Shown here piece by piece: positions 7,734 through 17,831 of a stretch of DNA of 64,000 nt. The stretch spans positions 144,849 through 208,848 of the forward strand of contig JBCCHT010000023.1 in the NCBI GenBank assembly GCA_039028615.1, given 5' to 3'. Each line of letters opens with the position of its first letter. The first letter of the stretch is position 1. The notes below the pieces were generated by a model that did no database searches, was not told where the DNA came from, and was given only the letters and a program-made list of their open reading frames with translations. A program made the translations under genes and the position numbers. The stretch comes from Myxococcota bacterium. GTDB lineage: Bacteria > Myxococcota_A > Polyangia > Nannocystales > Nannocystaceae.

Positions 7734-10710
7734 CCTTCGCCCGGCGCTCGGCCAGCCATTGCTCGATATTCGCCCGCAGCCCGTCGCTCCCCTCGATCTG
7801 CGCCGCGGTCTCGGCGAGCTCGAGTGCACGCCCCCGGTCTTTGCTCGATTGCCACAGCACGTCGGCGATCACGAACTGCGTCTCGGCAATGAGCGCCGCG
7901 CTGGCGTCGGCCGCCTCGTAGATCTGCAGCGCCTGCTCGGCCTGGCTCAGCGCGACCTCGAAGTTCTTCTCTTCGAGCTCCAGCTCCGCCAGCCACAGCA
8001 GGTGCTGCGCCACGTCGAGGTGCTGGGGGCCGAGCGCCTTGCGGTGGATCTCCAGGGCTCGAGTGCGAAACTCCCGTGCCTCGTCCATCCGCCCCTCGCC
8101 ATGGTGCACGACGGCGATGTTCCCCAGGGTATTGGCCACGCGAGGGTGCTCGGGGCCCAGCGCGGTCTCGCGGATCTTCAGCGCGCGGTGATGGACCTCC
8201 AGCGCGCCTTCGGCATCGCCCTCGGAGCGGAGGATCATCGCCAGGATGTTGAGCCCAGCCGCCAGCGTGGGGTGGTTGGGCCCTCGGACCTTCTCGTTGA
8301 TCTCCAGCGCCTGCATGGCGTGGACCCGTGCCTTCGCCAGGTCTCCTTGCAACCGATAGACGATCGCCAGGTTGTGAAAGCTCGCCGCGACCCGCGGGTG
8401 CTCCTCGCCGTAGGCCGCGATGCGAATGTCCTTCGCCTGCTGATACAGCTCGATGGCCCGCGGATAGTCCCCCGCCAAGTCGTAGTGGATGGCGATGTTG
8501 TTGATGCTATCCGCGACGTAGGGGTGCGCGTTGCCCAGCGCGCGCTTGCGGATCGCGAGCGCATGCTCGTGCTGCTCGAGCGCGAGCTCGGCCTCGCCCT
8601 GCTCCCGTAGGACATTGGCCAGGTTGTTCATGCTCGCCGCCAACACGGGATGCCCCTCGCCCAGCAGCTCGCGTTGCAGCGCGATGTTCTGCTCGAAGAG
8701 TTCGCGCGCCCGCTCGAAGCGCCCGGCTCGTTTGTGGGCCAACGCCAGGTTGTTCACCGCGATGGCCACCGAGGGGTGCTGGGGCCCGAGGACCTGCTCG
8801 CGAAGCTCCCGTGCGCGCTGGGCCAGGGCGAGCTCTTGCTCGGAGTTGGCGGCTTCGCCCTTGACCGCCCCGAGCGACGCATCGAGGTTGGCCTCGCGGA
8901 TCGGATCGTCACCGATCCGCGACAGCTCCACCCGACCCAGCTCTGCCCAGTGCTCGGCCGTCTCCAAGTTGGCCTGGAGCCGATGCACCCACATCACGGC
9001 CATGGCGGCATCGAAGGCGAGCTCCGAGTCTCCGGCCTCGGCCGCATCGAAGTAGGCCTGCTCCCCGTGTTCGCGGGCCTGGTCGAAGTCGGAGATCTTC
9101 ACCAACGCATTGGCCAGCACCACCCGCGCGGCCGAGGACAAGGGCGGCCAGGCGATCGGCTCGGCCTCGGCCAGGGCGCGCTCGGACTCCTCCTTCGCTC
9201 GATCGAACTCCCCGCCCACGAACATCGCCCGCGCACGGTGCAAGCGGGAACGAACCTCGCGGATCCCCTCGATGCGATCGACGGGCGGGGCGGGCCGAGC
9301 ATGCAGGATGGCCTCGTCGAGGCAGGGCTCGATCGCCCGCAACCCAGCCGCGCTGGCGATGGCGCGTCGCAGCGTCTTGGGATCGACGACCCGCAGGCGA
9401 TCGACCAAGGCGACCAGCTCTCCGCGACGCTCTTCGAGACACCACATCGCCCGGCTGACGGTGTCGGCCTCCCAGGTCTGGGTGACTCGCCCGTGTCGGC
9501 AGACCTCCGTGCGAGCCGATCGCCACGCCTCCGCCTGGCGATCGAGCCACGGCAGGGCCTTGTCGGCGGTGGTCTCGGCGTAGGACGCCTTCGTCGCCAG
9601 GAACGCGTCCCGAAGCTGCACCCGCGCCTGGTCGCTCCAGTGTTCGTCGATCTCGTCGCCCGCCTCGTTGCAGGCCACGATCACCCGCTGGCGCTGCAGG
9701 TGCTGCGCCACGAACACGCCTCCGACCACGACCGCCGCACCGAGCCCGAGCCCCGCGAAGATCCGACGTCGCCCGCTGTCGCGGCCCTTCGCCAGCGCGT
9801 GGAGCAACGCATCGAGCGACGCAAAGCGCATGTCGGGATCGCGACTGAGGCCCCGCTCCATGATCCGCTGCAGCCACCGGGGCGCGGGGCGCCCAGGTGG
9901 ACGGAGATTACCCGCCAGAACATTGCCCGCCAGCTCGACCAACGTCGTGCCCGCGGTCGGGCGCTCGTGGTGAATGGCCTCCCACAACGCGACACAAAAC
10001 GAGTACTGATCGCTGCGCTCGTTCGCCGGCTTGCCCTCGAAGCACTCGGGGGCCATGTAGCCCGGCGTGCCCACCAACGCGTCCGCACGGGTGAGATCGG
10101 TGCTGAGCAAGTCGTTGCGCCGCGCCCCCGTGGGAGCCGGCACCGCCTCGGACTCCGCGTCGGTGTCACTGGGGCGCGCGAGCCCGAAGTCCATCACCAC
10201 CACCCGACCGTCGTCCCCCACCATGACGTTGTCCGGCTTGAAATCGCGATGCAGCAGCTTCTTGGCGTGGGCCGCCGCCAACCCGGCCCCCGCCTGCGCG
10301 AACACGTCGACCACCGCGGACCACGAGGGCCGCGGATCCTGTTCCATCCACTCCGCCATCGTCTGCCCCTCGACGAACTCCATCGCGACGTAGACTCGCT
10401 CGCCCAGGGTCCCCACGTCGTGCACGGTGACCACGTTGGGATGGACCAAGCGCGCGAGGGCCTGGGCCTCGCGAAGCAACCGCGTCTGCGCCTGCTCGCC
10501 TCGCGTGTTCGGCAGCAACAGCTTGATGGCCACCCGCCGATCGAGATCGGGATCGTAGGCCGCGAACACCACTCCCATCGCGCCCGAGCCCAGCTGCCCC
10601 AGCACGACATAGCGCCCCACCGGATCCCCGCGCTCGAGCCTCGCGTCGCGGCGGGCGACCTCGGAGACGTCGTCGCCCGCGATCGTCTCTTCGAGAGACG
10701 CCGTGCTCAC
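7723..10710 (-). CDS. Ser/Thr protein kinase with TM segment and TPR repeats
   Basis: LGSGAMG, VAIK, HRDFKPDN, DFG, GTPGYMAPE; about 9 TPRs (HPxVA..NNLA). Confidence 0.95.
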   Translation of the reverse strand: MSTASLEETIAGDDVSEVARRDARLERGDPVGRYVVLGQLGSGAMGVVFAAYDPDLDRRVAIKLLLPNTRGEQAQTRLLREAQALARLVHPNVVTVHDVGTLGERVYVAMEFVEGQTMAEWMEQDPRPSWSAVVDVFAQAGAGLAAAHAKKLLHRDFKPDNVMVGDDGRVVVMDFGLARPSDTDAESEAVPAPTGARRNDLLSTDLTRADALVGTPGYMAPECFEGKPANERSDQYSFCVALWEAIHHERPTAGTTLVELAGNVLAGNLRPPGRPAPRWLQRIMERGLSRDPDMRFASLDALLHALAKGRDSGRRRIFAGLGLGAAVVVGGVFVAQHLQRQRVIVACNEAGDEIDEHWSDQARVQLRDAFLATKASYAETTADKALPWLDRQAEAWRSARTEVCRHGRVTQTWEADTVSRAMWCLEERRGELVALVDRLRVVDPKTLRRAIASAAGLRAIEPCLDEAILHARPAPPVDRIEGIREVRSRLHRARAMFVGGEFDRAKEESERALAEAEPIAWPPLSSAARVVLANALVKISDFDQAREHGEQAYFDAAEAGDSELAFDAAMAVMWVHRLQANLETAEHWAELGRVELSRIGDDPIREANLDASLGAVKGEAANSEQELALAQRARELREQVLGPQHPSVAIAVNNLALAHKRAGRFERARELFEQNIALQRELLGEGHPVLAASMNNLANVLREQGEAELALEQHEHALAIRKRALGNAHPYVADSINNIAIHYDLAGDYPRAIELYQQAKDIRIAAYGEEHPRVAASFHNLAIVYRLQGDLAKARVHAMQALEINEKVRGPNHPTLAAGLNILAMILRSEGDAEGALEVHHRALKIRETALGPEHPRVANTLGNIAVVHHGEGRMDEAREFRTRALEIHRKALGPQHLDVAQHLLWLAELELEEKNFEVALSQAEQALQIYEAADASAALIAETQFVIADVLWQSSKDRGRALELAETAAQIEGSDGLRANIEQWLAERRAKVTP

Positions 10711-10941
10711 GGCTCCCCGCTCCTCGACGGGGGCTTGGCGGGGATCGACGATCGCACGGAGCAGGATCTTAGCCCGGGCGCGAGCAGGGGTCGCGCGCCC
10801 ATGCCCCGGTCCCGCGGCAACGAAGTTCGGACACCTACGACCCGAGTTTCACGACCGGTCGCACCTCGAACCACAACGCGTCTCGGCCCTGTGGCTTGGA
10901 TCGGAGAGGGCTGGTCGCGGCCCCGAAGCAACGGCGCAGCG

Positions 10942-12327
10942 CTACCGTTTCACGTCGCCACCGCTGCACTTTGGAATGGCCTCGGGATCTTCCTCGATGT
11001 AGCGAGCGTTCTCTTCCGCGCGCCGGACCACTTCGGCCGATGCAGACGAGTGCGTCGCCGCCACACGAAAGGCAGCCGCCGCGTTCTTGCACTCCCCTCG
11101 CCGAAAGAACGACAGCCCCGCGTAGTAGAGGCCTTCTGCGGTCTGGGGAGTATCGGTCAAGTGGTAGCCGAACAGGCCGAACGTCTGCAGCGCAGCCCGG
11201 TACTGGCCCGCGTTGAAGAAGCTCTTTCCAATCAACAACTCGATCCTCGGCCGGTCTTCCTTCGGGCTGCGCGTCACGAGAGCAGAAAAGAGTGCGCGCG
11301 CTCGTTTGTCGCCGCCATTCGCGAGCAAGCCACTGGCCTCGTCCAGCAGTGCGTCCTCCGTGCTCGGGGCGTCTTCCGCCGCCGCTCCGAGCCCCATCGG
11401 AGGAGGCCATCGAGGACGCTCCTTCTGCGGCATGGTGATGGAGTTGACACACCCCCGTCCCTCGACGGGCTCCTGGCCGGAAGGACAACGAGTCGCCACG
11501 GACTCGGCATGCTGCTCCCCCTCCGAACAACCCTCGTCCCCCGGCTCGCACTCGTCCTGCTCGGCGGCCAAGGCCGTCTCGATCTCGACCTCGACGATCT
11601 CCTCGACCTCCAGCCTCAGCGGTGCACCGCAGTGAGCCGGAGGTGCATCGTCTCCCGGCTCCGCGAGACCGCACTTGGACGGGTCGCCGTCTTGCTCGAG
11701 TTCGTCACGCTGTGCACCCGTGCTCGCTCCGACCCCCACCGCGGGCGTGTCGGCCTTCGCAGCGACCTGGGCGGCCTGATTGGCAAAGAACCCATACGCG
11801 CCGACTTGGATCCCCGTGACGACGTGGGTCGCCCCGCCGCACCGCCCCGACAGCTTCGGCCGCTCGACATGGTAGCTGCTGGCCCGATACATCCCCACCG
11901 TGTGCAGCTCTACCGAAAAGGACTCGATGCGCTCGAGCGAGCCCTCCAAGCGTGCCGCCCCCGTGGGTAGCTGAGCATAGAGTTCGTCGGCGGTTCGCAT
12001 GGTGACCACGGACGACTTGGGGGTGAACCCGCGGTACCCGTACGCCTCGCCCTGAACCCGACAGTCGCGCAAGACCTCCATCTCGCAGCCGACGTACCGG
12101 ACCACGATCAAGCCGTCTTGAATGCTCTGCTCGAGCGCGCCCCGTTCGACGGCGGCCCACTCGACGATGAGAGGCTTCTTCTGACTCGGCCGGACGGAGC
12201 ACCGCTGCTCGGACCCCGCCCGGGTCGATCCGTCGACGTCACTGAGGGTCTCGGACGCGATGTTCCGCCCGGGCGCACAGCAACAAAGCAGCGACGCGAA
12301 CGAGACGAGGCACGGCCGAGCGAACAT
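10942..12327 (-). CDS. Putative lipoprotein with C-terminal TPR (YbgF/BamD-like) region
   Basis: Hydrophobic N-terminus ending LLCCCA; C-terminal helical repeat GKSFFNAGQY...AEGLYYAGLSFF. Confidence 0.65.
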   Translation of the reverse strand: MFARPCLVSFASLLCCCAPGRNIASETLSDVDGSTRAGSEQRCSVRPSQKKPLIVEWAAVERGALEQSIQDGLIVVRYVGCEMEVLRDCRVQGEAYGYRGFTPKSSVVTMRTADELYAQLPTGAARLEGSLERIESFSVELHTVGMYRASSYHVERPKLSGRCGGATHVVTGIQVGAYGFFANQAAQVAAKADTPAVGVGASTGAQRDELEQDGDPSKCGLAEPGDDAPPAHCGAPLRLEVEEIVEVEIETALAAEQDECEPGDEGCSEGEQHAESVATRCPSGQEPVEGRGCVNSITMPQKERPRWPPPMGLGAAAEDAPSTEDALLDEASGLLANGGDKRARALFSALVTRSPKEDRPRIELLIGKSFFNAGQYRAALQTFGLFGYHLTDTPQTAEGLYYAGLSFFRRGECKNAAAAFRVAATHSSASAEVVRRAEENARYIEEDPEAIPKCSGGDVKR

Positions 12328-12395
12328 TGCCTTCGAGTATACGAGAGCCCCGAGCGACGTGCTCCCTGGGCCGAGCACTCCCCGCGACCTGCCCG

Positions 12396-14222
12396 CTAAT
12401 GATCCGGCGGCGGGTCATCGGCGCCTTCGAGACGCTCGACCAGCGGCGAGCGGATGGCCATGAGCGCGTCCTGGACCTCTTGCGGCGGCGGAGCGGTGAA
12501 CTTGGAGACCACGCCCATGACCATGAAGTTCAAGACCATGCCGACGACCCCGATGCCTTCGGGGCTGATGCCCCACAGCCAGTGCTCGGCGGTGTTCATC
12601 GAGGGGTTCAGGAACTTGAAGTACAGGATGTAGACGGCGGTGAAGAGGATGCCCGTACACATGCCCGCGATGCCGGCTTCCTTGGTGACCCGACGGCTGA
12701 AGATGCCGAGCACGATCACGGGGAAGAAGCTGGACGCGGCGAGCCCAAAGGCGAACGCGACGACCTGCGCGACGAAGCCGGGAGGATTGATACCCAGGTA
12801 GCCAGCCACGATCACGGCGAGCGCAGCCGCGGCCCGGGCCACGAACAGCTCGCGCTTCTCCGACATGTCCGGCATCAGGATCCGCTTGCCCAGATCGTGG
12901 GCGACGGCCGAAGAGATCACGAGCAGGAGCCCCGCCGCGGTCGACAGCGCAGCAGCCAGGCCTCCCGCCGCGACCAAGGCGACCACCCACGCGGGCAGCC
13001 GCGCGATCTCGGGATTGGCGAGCACCATGATGTCGCGATCGACATAGAGCTCGTTGGGGCCCGCGGTCAGCTCGTTGTCGAGGCGCCGCTGCCCGAGCTC
13101 GCCGCGGACGGGCTCGCCGCTGGGCTCGTTCACGAACGACGGGGAGCCAGAGAACGCATCCCCCGGGCGATAGTCGATGCGCCCGTCCTCGTTCTTGTCG
13201 ACCCACGCGATGAGCCCCGCGTCTTCCCAGTCGCGGAACCAGGGCGGCGCCTCGCCGTAGGGGGTCTGGTGGACCGTCTCGATCAGGTTGACGCGAGCAA
13301 AGACGGCCACGGCGGGCGCGGTGGTGTACAGGGTGCCGATGAACAGCAGGGCCCAGAACGCCGACCAGCGCGCTGCCCGGGCGTTGGACACGGTGTAGAA
13401 GCGAATGATGACGTGGGGCAGGCCCGCCGTGCCGGCCATGAGCGCCAGGGTGATGGCGAACACGTCGATCATCGACTTCTTGCCCTCGACGAAGGCGGCC
13501 GTGTACTCGGGGAAGCCGAGTTCGCGGTGCAGCTCGTCGATGAGGTGCAGCACCGTCTTGCCCGCGTGCTCGCCCTCGACCACCGTGCCGCCGAACCCGA
13601 GCTGCGGAATGGCGTCGCCCGTGAGCTGCCACGAGATGCCGATGGCGGGGATCAGGAACGCGACGATCAGCACGCAGTACTGGGCGACCTGAGTCCAGGT
13701 GATGCCCTTCATGCCGCCGAGCACCGCGTAGAAGAACACGATGCCCACGCCGATCAGCACGCCGCTGGTGATGTCGACCTCGAGAAAGCGCGAGAACACG
13801 ACCCCCACGCCGCGCATCTGGCCGGCCACGTAGGTGAAGGACACGAAGATCGCACAGAACACCGCCACGAGGCGGGCGACGTCGGAGTAGTACCGGTCGC
13901 CGACGAAGTCCGGCACGGTGTACTTGCCGAACTTGCGCAGGTAGGGCGCCAGCAGCAGGGCGAGCAGGACGTAGCCGCCCGTCCACCCCATGAGGTAGAC
14001 GCCGCCCGTGTAGCCCATGAAGCTGATGAGGCCGGCCATCGAGATGAACGAGGCCGCGCTCATCCAGTCGGCCGCGGTGGCCATGCCGTTGGCGATGGCG
14101 GGCACGCCCTGCCCGGCCACGTAAAAGCCCTTGGTGCTCCCCACCCGCGTCGCGACCGCGATGCCGATGTACAGCAGGAACGACAGGCCGACGAACAGCA
14201 ACGTCCAGCTCTGGATGTCCAT
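12396..14222 (-). CDS. Sodium:solute symporter, cation/acetate symporter ActP-like
   Basis: GMATAADWMSAASF, GGMKGITWTQVAQY, GTAGLPHVIIRFYT; about 13 TM segments; start overlaps the upstream stop (TGATG). Confidence 0.9.
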   Translation of the reverse strand: MDIQSWTLLFVGLSFLLYIGIAVATRVGSTKGFYVAGQGVPAIANGMATAADWMSAASFISMAGLISFMGYTGGVYLMGWTGGYVLLALLLAPYLRKFGKYTVPDFVGDRYYSDVARLVAVFCAIFVSFTYVAGQMRGVGVVFSRFLEVDITSGVLIGVGIVFFYAVLGGMKGITWTQVAQYCVLIVAFLIPAIGISWQLTGDAIPQLGFGGTVVEGEHAGKTVLHLIDELHRELGFPEYTAAFVEGKKSMIDVFAITLALMAGTAGLPHVIIRFYTVSNARAARWSAFWALLFIGTLYTTAPAVAVFARVNLIETVHQTPYGEAPPWFRDWEDAGLIAWVDKNEDGRIDYRPGDAFSGSPSFVNEPSGEPVRGELGQRRLDNELTAGPNELYVDRDIMVLANPEIARLPAWVVALVAAGGLAAALSTAAGLLLVISSAVAHDLGKRILMPDMSEKRELFVARAAAALAVIVAGYLGINPPGFVAQVVAFAFGLAASSFFPVIVLGIFSRRVTKEAGIAGMCTGILFTAVYILYFKFLNPSMNTAEHWLWGISPEGIGVVGMVLNFMVMGVVSKFTAPPPQEVQDALMAIRSPLVERLEGADDPPPDH

Positions 14223-14479
14223 CAGTCGTTGCCCCCGCGGAAGCGGGCCTCGATGCGATCCATGACCACGCAGTAGACGAGGATCAGGCCGATGAACACG
14301 TAGATGGAGCCCTGCTGCGCGAACCAGAACCCGAGCGGGAAGCCGAGCAGGTACACCTCGTTGAGCTGCTCGACGAAGAGGATGCCCGCCCCGTACGAGA
14401 CCAGAAACCACACCCCCAGCAAAGCGCCGACGAGGCGAAGGTTGGCGCGCCAATACCGTAGTTGGTCGTCTTCGTTCAC
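14222..14479 (-). CDS. DUF4212/DUF485-type small membrane partner of the symporter
   Basis: YWRANL...GFPLGFWFAQQGSIYVF signature; coupled to the symporter. Confidence 0.9.
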   Translation of the reverse strand: MNEDDQLRYWRANLRLVGALLGVWFLVSYGAGILFVEQLNEVYLLGFPLGFWFAQQGSIYVFIGLILVYCVVMDRIEARFRGGND

Positions 14480-14493
14480 GATGGCCTCGGCTT

Positions 14494-15906
14494 CTAGTCG
14501 ACCACGCCGTCGATCATGGACTCGAAGGACTCGCAGAGCATGGGCTCACAGACGGAGTACTCGTTGTCGATGCCGGGCAAGGCCGCGGCTTCGGCCACCT
14601 CGCGCAGCCGCACGGGCGGATACGCGACGATCCCGTCGCCCGTGCAGCCGGGGCCGATGCCGAAGTCCAGCTGCTCGTCGGGGTTGCGAGCATCGGCGTA
14701 GATGATGTCACCGGTCGCCGGGAACCCAGCCATGACCGCAAGGTGCACCGACGCGGGCCCGTTGTCGGCATCGATGTCCGCCAGCACGTCGGTGTAGCGC
14801 GCCAGATCGTGGAGCACCGCGTCCTGGGGGGTGCTCGGGTTGCCGTCGACGTCGTAGTTCTGGGCGTGACACTCGTCGTAGATCCCCGGCCCCCCCGTGC
14901 ACTCGACCCCGGCGTTCCAGCACACCGAGCTCGAAGGGCCGATCGTGAAGGGGTCCTCCCAGAACACACGATTGCCATCGGGCAGGAAGATCGTGTCCGC
15001 ATCGGGATCGGACGAGCAGTCGTACTCGTCGGTCACGAGCACGACCAGCAGGTCGGCGCTGGACCGCAGGAAGCCGTAGTTGGGCTCGCCGTTGATCTGC
15101 GCCCGCAACAAGGCCATGCGCATGCCCTCGAGCGTCCGTTCGAAGCCGCAGCCGTCGATGCCCTGGGGCACGATGCAGCGCAGCGCTTCGCCCGGGGTCA
15201 CGCCCTCGGGCAGGTTGGTGGTGCCGTCGATGCGCTCGATCCACGGGCGGACCTGCGGCGTGGCGTCGAGCTCGGTCGGCGTGGGCAGCAGCGGGATCGT
15301 CTGGTGCGGGCAGATGTCGGTGCAGGCTTCTTCCCGCACGTCGATGCCCGGATCACCCAGGAACTGGAACTCGCTGAGGCGCTGCCGACAGGTCGAGGCC
15401 ACGAAGGTCCCGGCCTCGGGGGTCGAGGCGACGCACCAGGGATTGCCCACGTCGGAGGTGGTCACCCCGATCCGATAGTCGAGCCCCTCGTTGTCGAGGC
15501 GAGCCACCAGGCTGTCCATGGCCGCGCCGAGGTTGGCCTGCACGAAGCCCATGCCGGACGAGTTGTCGACCACGAACAAGACGTCCAGCTCGCCCTGGGT
15601 GCCCGGATAGGTCGCGGTGTCTGGATCGGCGCAGGGGCCCTCCGAGATCCCGGTGGTGGTCGGCTCTCCGCTGCTGTCGCCTGACGTGGTGTCCGCCGCC
15701 GAGGTCTCGGACTGGGTCGTCCCGCCGCCCGCCGTGGAGCCGCTGCTGTCGTCGACCGCGGCGGTGGTGCTCGTGCTGGTGGTCGTGGTCGTCTCGGGGC
15801 CCGTGTCGCTGCCGCTGTCGGTCGAGCTCACGGTCGGTGGATCGGTGAAGCAGCCGACCACGCTCAGCGCACACAACGAAAGCCAACCTCTCGAGCCTCT
15901 CGCCAT
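14494..15906 (-). CDS. VWA-like domain lipoprotein (myxobacterial type)
   Basis: Lipobox VVGC; Ser/Thr linker; DVLFVVDNSSGM, RIGVTTSD, GCGFE, LVTDEYDCS. Confidence 0.8.
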   Translation of the reverse strand: MARGSRGWLSLCALSVVGCFTDPPTVSSTDSGSDTGPETTTTTSTSTTAAVDDSSGSTAGGGTTQSETSAADTTSGDSSGEPTTTGISEGPCADPDTATYPGTQGELDVLFVVDNSSGMGFVQANLGAAMDSLVARLDNEGLDYRIGVTTSDVGNPWCVASTPEAGTFVASTCRQRLSEFQFLGDPGIDVREEACTDICPHQTIPLLPTPTELDATPQVRPWIERIDGTTNLPEGVTPGEALRCIVPQGIDGCGFERTLEGMRMALLRAQINGEPNYGFLRSSADLLVVLVTDEYDCSSDPDADTIFLPDGNRVFWEDPFTIGPSSSVCWNAGVECTGGPGIYDECHAQNYDVDGNPSTPQDAVLHDLARYTDVLADIDADNGPASVHLAVMAGFPATGDIIYADARNPDEQLDFGIGPGCTGDGIVAYPPVRLREVAEAAALPGIDNEYSVCEPMLCESFESMIDGVVD

Positions 15907-15929
15907 GGCTTCAGCCTACCACCCCCCCA

Positions 15930-16742
15930 TCAGCCGAAGTCGTGCGCGCTCACGGGATAGCCGTTGGTCGACCCCTGCCAGCGCACGCGGCCCGGGTCGG
16001 ACTCGGCCGCCCCCGCGGCCACGAGCAGCGGGATCAGGTGCTCTTGTCGCGGGTGACTCTGTCGTGCTCCCGGGGCGCGCTCCCATGCGATCAGCCGTCG
16101 TGCCCGCTCGGCTGGTGCCGCGGTCACGGCCGCGTTCAGCCACGCGTCGAACTGGGTGGCGTGCTGGCGCGCGGTGGCATCGGAGCGAAAGAGCCTCCCC
16201 AGGTTGTGATACGAGTTTCCGCTTCCGATGATGTACGCCCCTTCGTCGCGCAGCGGGGCGAGGGCCTGGCCCAAGGCGAAGTGCTCGGCGGGATCGAGGC
16301 CGCGCTTCAACGACACCTGCAAGACGGGAACGTCGGCCTGCGGATACGCGAGCATGAGCGGGATGAAGGTGCCGTGGTCGAAGCCGCGCTCCTTTTCCAC
16401 GTCGACGCGCAAGCCCGCGCCGCGCAGCAGCTCGATGGCCTGTTCGCCTCGCTCGGGCGCTCCCGGGGCGGGCCAGTCGAAGGTGTAGGCCTCGGGCGGA
16501 AAGCCGCCGTAGTCGAAGTACATCGAGGGTGCGGAGCCCAGGTGCACGGTGAAGCGCGGCGCCTCCCAGTGCGCGCTGACGACGACCAGGAACGAGGGCG
16601 GTTGCGCGGGGACCTCGGCGATGGAGCGCATGTAGCCGGCGAGCGCCTCGGTCTCCGCAGCGTCGATGGGCCCAAGCGGCAGGACGGGCCAGGGCCCTCC
16701 CCCGTGGGGAATGAACGCCGTGGGTGGGCGTGAGACGGCCAT
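15930..16742 (-). CDS. Class III extradiol dioxygenase (DODA/LigB family)
   Basis: FIPHGGGP, VSAHWE, RGFDHG, GSGNSYHN, HPRQEHLIPL. Confidence 0.92.
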   Translation of the reverse strand: MAVSRPPTAFIPHGGGPWPVLPLGPIDAAETEALAGYMRSIAEVPAQPPSFLVVVSAHWEAPRFTVHLGSAPSMYFDYGGFPPEAYTFDWPAPGAPERGEQAIELLRGAGLRVDVEKERGFDHGTFIPLMLAYPQADVPVLQVSLKRGLDPAEHFALGQALAPLRDEGAYIIGSGNSYHNLGRLFRSDATARQHATQFDAWLNAAVTAAPAERARRLIAWERAPGARQSHPRQEHLIPLLVAAGAAESDPGRVRWQGSTNGYPVSAHDFG

Positions 16743-16942
16743 CAGTTCACCACCGTGTTCATGGCGCCGGCGAGCAGCGCGATGCTCGCTGCACGGGGCT
16801 CATCACCACAGGCCTCCAAGCGCAGCGAGGGGCCGAAAATGGCCGAAAACGAAGAGTTGGGGGTCGGTCGAGCGAGCATGGATGCAACCTGACACCGTGC
16901 CGCCCATTGAGTCAGATCGCATTTTCTGTACAGAGTGGACGC

Positions 16943-17824
16943 ATGAGCGGAACACCCGACGACGACCTCTCGATCGACGACCTGCGCACGTTCGTCACCG
17001 CGGTCGAGGAGGGTTCGTTGGGCTCTGCGGCGCGTCGTCTTCAGCAACCCAAGAGCACGGTGAGCCGGCGGCTCCACCGTCTCGAGGAGCAGCTCGGCAC
17101 GCGCTTGCTGCATCGAACCCCGCGTGGACTCGGGCAGACGGATGCGGGACGGGTGGCGTTCGCTCCCGCCCGGGCCATCCTCGAAGACCTCGCGTCGCTG
17201 CGCGAGCTGGCGCGCGCGGGCATGGCCGAGCCCCGCGGTCACCTGAAGGTCTCGATCCCTCGCGACCTCGCCGGGCTGCCGTGCTGGATGGCCTTCGCAC
17301 AGGCTCACCCGCAGGTCGTGACCGAGCTCGAGTTCACCAATCGCTATGTCGACGTGGTGGGCGAAGGCTTCGATCTCGCGCTGCGTGGCGGCCGAGGGGA
17401 AGACACCACGCTCATCGTGCGACGGGTCGGCACCTATCGCCTGCGCGCCGTCGCGTCACCCGCCTGGCTCGAAGAACACGGCCCCATCGAGGATCCCGAC
17501 GAAGTGCGCACCCAAGAATGCGTGCTCTTTGCTCCGTTCCGGCAGACGGGTCGTCGAGGTCGAGCCCACCGACGCCACCTGATCGCCAACGATCTATCCA
17601 CCGTGCTCGACGGAGCGCTGCGCGGCCTGGGCATCGCGTTCCTGCCCGATCACCTGTGTCTCGAGGCCTTGGGGGACCAACGATTGATCGCCGTGCATCC
17701 CGACTACGACCCGCTGGAGATCCCGCTGTACGCCGCGTACCCCGACCGCCGCACGATGCCCGCCGCGTCGTCGGCGTTCATCGATGCGGTCGCGGAGTTC
17801 TTCGGCGCACCCGACCGTCCCTGA
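16943..17824 (+). CDS. LysR-family transcriptional regulator, divergent from the dioxygenase
   Basis: N-terminal HTH (GSLGSAARRL...STVSRRLHRLEEQLG); substrate-binding domain (VDVVGEGFDLALR). Confidence 0.92.
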   Translation: MSGTPDDDLSIDDLRTFVTAVEEGSLGSAARRLQQPKSTVSRRLHRLEEQLGTRLLHRTPRGLGQTDAGRVAFAPARAILEDLASLRELARAGMAEPRGHLKVSIPRDLAGLPCWMAFAQAHPQVVTELEFTNRYVDVVGEGFDLALRGGRGEDTTLIVRRVGTYRLRAVASPAWLEEHGPIEDPDEVRTQECVLFAPFRQTGRRGRAHRRHLIANDLSTVLDGALRGLGIAFLPDHLCLEALGDQRLIAVHPDYDPLEIPLYAAYPDRRTMPAASSAFIDAVAEFFGAPDRP

Positions 17825-17831
17825 CCCGCCG

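Noticed and set aside
8650..11970. 1106-aa + strand ORF (also 4526-7258, 12327-14276, 39720-43685 and other long antisense ORFs)
   Set aside because: Shadow frames of real high-GC genes on the opposite strand; Arg/Ala/Gly-rich with no motifs.
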